Of a DNA stretch of 64,000 nt, positions 58,517 through 64,000 are shown piece by piece. Position numbers and translations under genes: made by a program. The notes beneath the pieces were generated by a model. It was not told the origin of the DNA. It ran no database searches and saw only the letters and a list, made by a program, of their open reading frames with translations. Position 1 is the stretch's first letter. Every line of letters begins with the position of its first letter. The stretch spans positions 1 to 64,000 of the IMG/VR virus record IMGVR_UViG_3300010160_000035; one strand, written 5' to 3'. Source of the DNA: a virus.

Positions 58517-58972
58517 ATGAGCAAGATAACATCAACCAGCAAGAATGGAATAAACCTTATCAAGTCATTTGAAGGTTGTAAACTACAAGCATATAATGAT
58601 CCTGGAACTGGAGGATTACCAATTACTATTGGATGGGGTAATACAACTAAAGAAGATGGTAGTAAGTTTAAACTAGGTGATAAAATAACACAAGAAAGAG
58701 CAGATGCTTTATTCTTAAATTTACTTCCTAGATATGAAAAGAAAGTTATTGATAATATTACAGTACTTCTAACACAAAACCAATTTGATGCTTTAGTTTC
58801 TTTCTGTTGGAATTGTGGATACTCATCTACTCTATTCTCATTAATCAATACTAAAACTAGTAATGAAACAGTATATGATTGGTGGATTTCTCACTACATT
58901 AAAGGTGGGGGTAAGATACTAAAAGGTCTAGTTAGACGTAGAAAAGCTGAAGCTGATTTATACTTTGCTTAA
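58517..58972 (+). CDS. Endolysin, GH24 lysozyme
   Basis: IKSFEGC.L.AY.D...TIGWG, NQFDALVSF and GLVRRR.AE. Confidence 0.92.
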   Translation: MSKITSTSKNGINLIKSFEGCKLQAYNDPGTGGLPITIGWGNTTKEDGSKFKLGDKITQERADALFLNLLPRYEKKVIDNITVLLTQNQFDALVSFCWNCGYSSTLFSLINTKTSNETVYDWWISHYIKGGGKILKGLVRRRKAEADLYFA

Positions 58973-58977
58973 TTAAG

Positions 58978-58985
58978 TATCTTTG
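58978..58985 (+). promoter_or_regulatory. Bacteroidota -7 box 4 nt before ATG
   Basis: TATCTTTG-TAGT-ATG. Confidence 0.6.
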
Positions 58986-58989
58986 TAGT

Positions 58990-59460
58990 ATGAAGAAATT
59001 CCTACTTTGCCTGCCATTATTGTTAGTATTTACTTTTGTAGGAGGAGATCAACCTTCTGCCTATATACAAGGAGATGTAACTATACAGCCTATTGTAGAG
59101 AATGAAGATTTAGATATTAAATCACAATACATAAGAAGCATCAAAGTATACTACAAAGACCCATTAGAAAAGCCTATCATATTACAGAACAACCAAGCTT
59201 TATACAACTATTGCTCAGATTCAACATTAGTTATTTTTAAATCTGTTGCAGATTCTATAAAAGTACCTAGTGTTAAAAGAATGTCTTGTGAGATAATGGC
59301 TATTATTAACCTAACTAAAAGAGATTCTGAGTGGTTAAAGTCACATATTGTCAATGAAGTTGCAGTAGTAAACACTATTACAGATAACAGATTCTCTGTT
59401 TATATGGATGATACTGAGTACTTTAGAAGACTAATGCTTAAATACAATGCAAAGTATTAA
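58990..59460 (+). CDS. Secreted/periplasmic hypothetical protein
   Basis: Signal MKKFLLCLPLLLVFTFVGG. Confidence 0.65.
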   Translation: MKKFLLCLPLLLVFTFVGGDQPSAYIQGDVTIQPIVENEDLDIKSQYIRSIKVYYKDPLEKPIILQNNQALYNYCSDSTLVIFKSVADSIKVPSVKRMSCEIMAIINLTKRDSEWLKSHIVNEVAVVNTITDNRFSVYMDDTEYFRRLMLKYNAKY

Positions 59461-60331
59461 ATGGATACTGCTATTAGTAACAAGCATAAGTTTTGCTCAA
59501 TGTCCAAATATAGGATTTGAAAGTAATAACTTTAGTGGATGGGTAGGTAGCAGAGGAGCTTGTTGTCCTATAGTTATGACAAATGCAGGTATAGTTGCTA
59601 ATAGACATACTATAACTTCAGGAACAGCAACAGACCCTAGTACTTGTAATGTAGTTCCAATAGTTGCTCCAGGAAGTATTCATTCTGCTAGATTAGGTAA
59701 TAATGATGTTAATGCAGAAGCTGAAGGTTTAAGTTATAATTTTACAGTAACACCAACATCTAATTTAATTACATATCAGTATGCTGTAGTGTTTGAAGAT
59801 CCAGGACATACACCATCACAACAACCTAGATTTGAAGCATCAATAGTTAGAGCTAATGGAACTGTTGTATCATGTACACAATTTACAGCAACTGCAGCTA
59901 GTGGTTTAACAGGATTTCAATTTTGTAATAGCATTGATGTTTTAGGATTACCAGTAATTGTTAGATACAAGAATTGGAGTACAATAGCTGCAGATGTTTC
60001 TGCATACATGGGTCAAACTTTAACTTTAAAATTTAAAACAGGAGACTGCTCACAAGGAGGACACTTTGGTTATGCTTATGTAGATGCTAGTTGTGGACCA
60101 TTACAATTAGCTATAGATTACTGTGTTAATGATATGTATGCAGTAGTTACTGCACCATCAGGATTCTTTACTTACTTATGGTCTACAGGAGAAACTACAC
60201 AAACTATTTATGTAAATCCACTGCAAGCTATTAATGTTACTTGCACTATAACAACTGTCTCAGGCTGCACATCTACAGTATCAGTACCAATAACACCAAT
60301 TGCTAATTTCCCTGCAATCTATACCAATTAA
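59447..60331 (+). CDS. Secreted adhesin-like protein (N-terminal domain typical of Bacteroidota gliding-motility-CTD proteins)
   Basis: Signal ...SFA-Q. Motifs CPNIGFE.NNF.GW, SARLGN, YAVVFEDPGH...QPRF, DC.QGGHFGYAYVD and YLWSTGET. Ends PAIYTN. Confidence 0.75.
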   Translation: MQSIKWILLLVTSISFAQCPNIGFESNNFSGWVGSRGACCPIVMTNAGIVANRHTITSGTATDPSTCNVVPIVAPGSIHSARLGNNDVNAEAEGLSYNFTVTPTSNLITYQYAVVFEDPGHTPSQQPRFEASIVRANGTVVSCTQFTATAASGLTGFQFCNSIDVLGLPVIVRYKNWSTIAADVSAYMGQTLTLKFKTGDCSQGGHFGYAYVDASCGPLQLAIDYCVNDMYAVVTAPSGFFTYLWSTGETTQTIYVNPLQAINVTCTITTVSGCTSTVSVPITPIANFPAIYTN

Positions 60332-60368
60332 TTGTATTTATTTTATAGTTATCTTTGTAAAATACTAT

Positions 60369-60929
60369 ATGAAAAATTTGGTAGTGTCAATTATTTTTAT
60401 ATTACTTTGTGCAACATGTTATGCACAAGTACCTACACCCCTTGTTGCCAATGGACAAACTGTCTGTGTAGGTGCTAATCACTACTATGGGGATCAAGTA
60501 ATTACACCATCATCTACTTATGCATTTAGTATAACACCAGTTCAAGCATTTAGTGTTGTAGGAAAACAAATAAATGTTACTTGGAATATACAAGGAGTAT
60601 ATACTATTACTATGACAGAAACAACATCTTCAGGATGCTTGTATACAACTACTTGTATTATTACTGTATTGCCTCCTATAACAATAGCATTAGATCCTAT
60701 TGTTGTATGTCAAGATGGATTACCACAAACTATAACAGGAACTAACATTGGCTCTAACCCATCTTTTAGTGGAGTAGGAGTATCTAATAATACATTTAAT
60801 CCTTCAGGTATATTACCTGGGATATATACTATAAACCTAACTTCAACAACAGCTAATGGTTGTGCTACAGTAGGCACCACAACAGCAACAATAAATCCAC
60901 TACCAACAGGCATTATATATACAGATTAA
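60369..60929 (+). CDS. Secreted Ig/PKD-like repeat protein
   Basis: Signal MKNLVVSIIFILLCATCYA-Q and Cys-paired Ig-like repeats. Ends PTGIIYTD. Preceded by TATCTTTG at 60350. Confidence 0.72.
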   Translation: MKNLVVSIIFILLCATCYAQVPTPLVANGQTVCVGANHYYGDQVITPSSTYAFSITPVQAFSVVGKQINVTWNIQGVYTITMTETTSSGCLYTTTCIITVLPPITIALDPIVVCQDGLPQTITGTNIGSNPSFSGVGVSNNTFNPSGILPGIYTINLTSTTANGCATVGTTTATINPLPTGIIYTD

Positions 60930-61486
60930 TGAAACTATATGCATTGTTTTGTTTAATTAGTTTAAATATAAATGCACAGACACTTAAAGAATATGAACTA
61001 TGCAATGACTATTTAACTAAAGAAATTAGAGCTGTAACTACAAATGCTGTTGTAAGTTGGGAGGTTTCACCTTATGTACCATACCAAGTAAGTAATAATG
61101 TTATGACTATTACTTTTAGCAGTACAGGCTATTATGTTATAAGTGCTGATTTTAGAAGTGGTGATTGTTATAAAGAAGATAAAATAATAATAATAATAAA
61201 AGAATGTACAGAGACTTTTATTTATTTTCCCAATAGCTTTACACCTAATGGTGATAATGACAATGAAAGCTTTGGACCAAAAGGAATAAATGTTTATGAT
61301 TTTAAAATGTATGTATATAACAGATGGGGAGAGTTAATCTTCACTGCAAAGGATATAAGTGATAAATGGAATGGCTATTATAAAGATAGAATATGTCAAA
61401 GTGATATATATGTTTATAAAGCATTCTATAAAGATAAAAGAGGTAAGGAGTATAATAAAATTGGTAAAATAGCACTAATCAAATAA
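60929..61486 (+). CDS. Secreted protein with type B T9SS CTD (gliding motility-associated C-terminal domain, CHU_C)
   Basis: Signal MKLYALFCLISLNINA-Q. Domain IYFPNSFTPNGDNDNE.F...YNRWGE.IF...WNG...YVYK...G.I.LIK. TAATG coupling. Confidence 0.9.
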   Translation: MKLYALFCLISLNINAQTLKEYELCNDYLTKEIRAVTTNAVVSWEVSPYVPYQVSNNVMTITFSSTGYYVISADFRSGDCYKEDKIIIIIKECTETFIYFPNSFTPNGDNDNESFGPKGINVYDFKMYVYNRWGELIFTAKDISDKWNGYYKDRICQSDIYVYKAFYKDKRGKEYNKIGKIALIK

Positions 61487-61495
61487 ACCTAACTT

Positions 61496-61810
61496 ATGGA
61501 TCAGAACTTACTATTAGCAATCATTGCAGGAGCATCATCAACATTGACAATCCTTATACCTAAAATGTTACCTCACAGTAAAAAGAAAGATGCTATTGAG
61601 ATGTATGCAGAATTACAAGAAAAACTATTTAGTGAAATAGATAGATTAGAGAAAAAGATAATACTATTAGAAAACAAAGAAAAGGAAGCTGTTAGTGTAG
61701 AAGAAAAACTCACTAAGAGAATCATGGAACTAGAACAAGAAAATAAAAGACAAGCTTATGAAATTGAACAACTTAAAGCAGAACTTGCTAAACATGTCAA
61801 AAACTACTAA
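61496..61810 (+). CDS. N-terminal TM plus coiled-coil protein (holin/antiholin-like)
   Basis: One hydrophobic N-terminal helix and a charged coil; lysis context. Confidence 0.5.
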   Translation: MDQNLLLAIIAGASSTLTILIPKMLPHSKKKDAIEMYAELQEKLFSEIDRLEKKIILLENKEKEAVSVEEKLTKRIMELEQENKRQAYEIEQLKAELAKHVKNY

Positions 61811-62051
61811 AGACTCATTCATTGAATCCCTTAAAGGTAGCAGTGGTAAAATAGACCATAAAAGATTAACAGTATTAGCTTTTGTATTGATGTTTGTTGG
61901 TATAACTATAGTAGGCTTGTATAAAAAAACACCTATTGTAAACCAAGCATTAATGGAAACTATACTGTATATAATTGGATCTGTTATATTAGGAGGGATG
62001 GGATTAACAAAAATAAAAACAAAAACAGAAACAACTACAAATGAAACTTAG
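61794..62051 (+). CDS. Putative holin (2 TM)
   Basis: GKIDHKRL followed by two hydrophobic helices; directly before the endopeptidase. Confidence 0.6.
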   Translation: MSKTTKDSFIESLKGSSGKIDHKRLTVLAFVLMFVGITIVGLYKKTPIVNQALMETILYIIGSVILGGMGLTKIKTKTETTTNET

Positions 62052-62553
62052 TAAAAACTTCACATTAGATGAGTTACTCAAGTCACCATCTGCAACCAGG
62101 TGGGGCTTTGAAGAACAGTTTACACCTACACAAGACATAGTAAATAACCTTACTTTGTTGTGTAATAAAGTGTTACAACCTATTAGAGATATTCTAAAAG
62201 ATACATTAACAGTATCATCTGGATATAGATGTCCTAGATTAAATGCTAAAATTGGTGGTGCCTACACTATTATTAATGGTAAACCTGTACAAAGTTCACA
62301 GCATTGTTTTGGACAAGCTGCAGATATTGGTTATACTAAACTAGGTGCAGAGCATAACAACTTAATTTTAGCAGCTATCAAAGAATTAATGTCTGATCCA
62401 ACTTTTGTATTTGACCAATGTATAGTAGAATTTGGTACAGATACTAATCCTGCTTGGGTACATATTTCTTATTCAGAGAGAAAAAACAGAATGCAAGTGC
62501 TTAGAGCATACAAGTCAGGTAAAAAAACATTATATAAAGAATGGAAACTATGA
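62041..62553 (+). CDS. Endolysin, peptidase M15A family
   Basis: LSKNFTLDE, VLQPIRD, SSGYRC, SQHCFGQAADI and WVHISY. Confidence 0.9.
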   Translation: MKLSKNFTLDELLKSPSATRWGFEEQFTPTQDIVNNLTLLCNKVLQPIRDILKDTLTVSSGYRCPRLNAKIGGAYTIINGKPVQSSQHCFGQAADIGYTKLGAEHNNLILAAIKELMSDPTFVFDQCIVEFGTDTNPAWVHISYSERKNRMQVLRAYKSGKKTLYKEWKL

Positions 62554-63125
62554 AGAAACATAACACTTGGATAGGTATTGAAGCAGTTATAATTGGATTA
62601 CTCATTTTAGTACTATTATTTTTAAAGCAATGTGAGAGTAATGTTGAGGTTACTAATCCTATTAGCAGAGTAGTGTATACAAAAACAGATACAGTTACTA
62701 TAATTAAAACAGATACAGTTACAAGATATGTTACTCTTAAAGTTCCAAAACCAATTCCCCATGTAACACCTGATGGTGATACAGCACAAACTTATGTTCA
62801 AGAATATAGTGATAGTATTTTAGATGCTACTGTAACAGCTAACCTAAAAGGCAAACTAGATTCTTGGGCATTAAAGTATAAACTTAAAATCCCTACTACT
62901 ATAACTAACACAATAACAGTTACTAATACTGTTACTGAAACTAAAGAAGTCAATGTTCCTAAGAACATGTTATTTGTTAATGGTGTAGTTGTAGGTAATA
63001 CTACTAGCCTTGATGGTGGTATAGGTATATCTTTTTATCATAAAAAAGGTTATATTTACCAACTGAATTACCTACCTATGACCAATAAAGTTGTAGTTGG
63101 TGTATCATTCCAATTAAATAGATAA
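62550..63125 (+). CDS. Membrane-anchored spanin-like protein
   Basis: N-terminal TM, Thr-rich stalk (repeat KTDTVT) and C-terminal beta strands; last gene of the lysis cluster. Confidence 0.45.
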   Translation: MKKHNTWIGIEAVIIGLLILVLLFLKQCESNVEVTNPISRVVYTKTDTVTIIKTDTVTRYVTLKVPKPIPHVTPDGDTAQTYVQEYSDSILDATVTANLKGKLDSWALKYKLKIPTTITNTITVTNTVTETKEVNVPKNMLFVNGVVVGNTTSLDGGIGISFYHKKGYIYQLNYLPMTNKVVVGVSFQLNR

Positions 63126-63127
63126 CT

Positions 63128-63889
63128 ATGATAACATTAAACCAAATGATTTATCAAGTCTATGAAGGACTTCAGATTACATCTGATGATACTTCATTAG
63201 ATAAAAGATTAATTAGAGATTTAATTAATCAATCAAGAGCTAATTGGATTAGAAAAGAACACAACAAGAACAGAAGTATTGATGATAATATCATCCAAGA
63301 TTTAGGTTGTATAGACATTGAACTTACAGATAGAGTATCAGCTAATTGCTGTGATATATCTACAGAATGTAGGATTCTCAGATCTAAAGAAAGAATACCT
63401 AATGCTATTGAGTTAAACCATGAAAAGATAATCACTAGAATATCAGCAGTAGACTTTATGTCTATTCCTATTATATTTATGGATTATGATGCTGCTATTT
63501 ACTTTGGTAATGGTAGATACAATAAGAAAGCTTTAGCTGCTTTCATTAAGAACAACTACTTATATATTATATATAACAAAGGTGCATTCAATATGCTAAT
63601 TGAGAAACTAAATGCTCAAGGTGTATTTGAAGACCCTACAGAAGCTGCATCATTTACTAATGATTGTGGTACACCATGCTTTACTTGGGATTCTCGTTAT
63701 CCTATTAATGCTTGGATGTGGCAGACTTTAGTTAAACCAGAAGTACTTAATGAATTAAGAAGCAAGAGAACTCTATACAGAGATGATAACAACAATGCTA
63801 AGGATGATGCTATTCCATCAGTAGCAGCTAATTTTACACAAGCTGGTACAGATCCTGGACAAGGTAGACAGAAACAACAAGAAGAATGA
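63128..63889 (+). CDS. Tail ring/adaptor structural protein
   Basis: DDTSLD.RLI...QDLGCIDIE...ILRSK..IP...GVFEDP...YPI, a crAss-like ring-protein pattern. Confidence 0.65.
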   Translation: MITLNQMIYQVYEGLQITSDDTSLDKRLIRDLINQSRANWIRKEHNKNRSIDDNIIQDLGCIDIELTDRVSANCCDISTECRILRSKERIPNAIELNHEKIITRISAVDFMSIPIIFMDYDAAIYFGNGRYNKKALAAFIKNNYLYIIYNKGAFNMLIEKLNAQGVFEDPTEAASFTNDCGTPCFTWDSRYPINAWMWQTLVKPEVLNELRSKRTLYRDDNNNAKDDAIPSVAANFTQAGTDPGQGRQKQQEE

Positions 63890-64000
63890 CAAGAAAAGAT
63901 TCTAAGAACAAGTTTGATGTGCATAATACTTATGAAGATATTTATAAGCATTATAAAGTAAATACAGATAAGCCAGTAGACAAAGCTAACCATGCTGCAG
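63886..64000 (+). CDS. Partial ORF running off the window
   Basis: ATGA-coupled; open to the end of the window. Confidence 0.5.
   Translation, partial: MTRKDSKNKFDVHNTYEDIYKHYKVNTDKPVDKANHAA

Noticed and set aside
59447-61486. Frameshifted pseudogene of a single host adhesin
   Set aside because: Each piece has its own signal peptide, clean coupling or a promoter box, and phage-like composition, which argues for separate functional genes.
2404-63993. Many short antisense or alternate-frame ORFs in the track (for example 4320..4745, 26357..26722, 46216..46557, 55944..56321, 58477..58848)
   Set aside because: They lie within well-supported genes and show shadow-ORF composition.
1-64000. Stop-codon reassignment, as seen in some crAss-like phages
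   Set aside because: Long structural and replication genes are intact in the standard code. TAA, TAG and TGA all end genes with normal coupling, and no suppressor tRNA was seen.

Overview
AT-rich, CpG-poor dsDNA phage genome segment with the gene order of a crAss-like (Crassvirales-related) podovirus. The host is almost certainly a Bacteroidota species: TAnnTTTG promoter boxes recur and the phage encodes T9SS-type proteins. There are three blocks. (1) 1-6.9 kb (+): the tail end of the virion RNA polymerase/ejection-protein genes, with a NADAR domain and a PD-(D/E)xK nuclease domain. (2) 7.0-35.7 kb (-): replication and nucleotide genes (class II RNR, 5'-3' exonuclease, resolvase, primase, SSB, AAA ATPase, DnaB and SF2 helicases, PolA), a tmRNA, an atypical tRNA-Arg-like RNA, two HNH-type endonucleases, and an early region of small ORFs separated by long structured spacers. 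(3) 36.1-64 kb (+): GroES, IHF-like protein, terminase, portal, major capsid, tail/fibre and lysis genes. The standard genetic code fits throughout. The most unusual items are: a phage-encoded set of signal-peptide proteins that look like type IX secretion (T9SS) cargo, including a cassette inside the lysis module; a tmRNA with a 36-aa non-canonical tag; a rearranged tRNA-Arg-like RNA; and a repeated 'structured element + TAYYCAC + ATG' cassette architecture in the early region. All calls come from motif reading by eye; no database searches were run.
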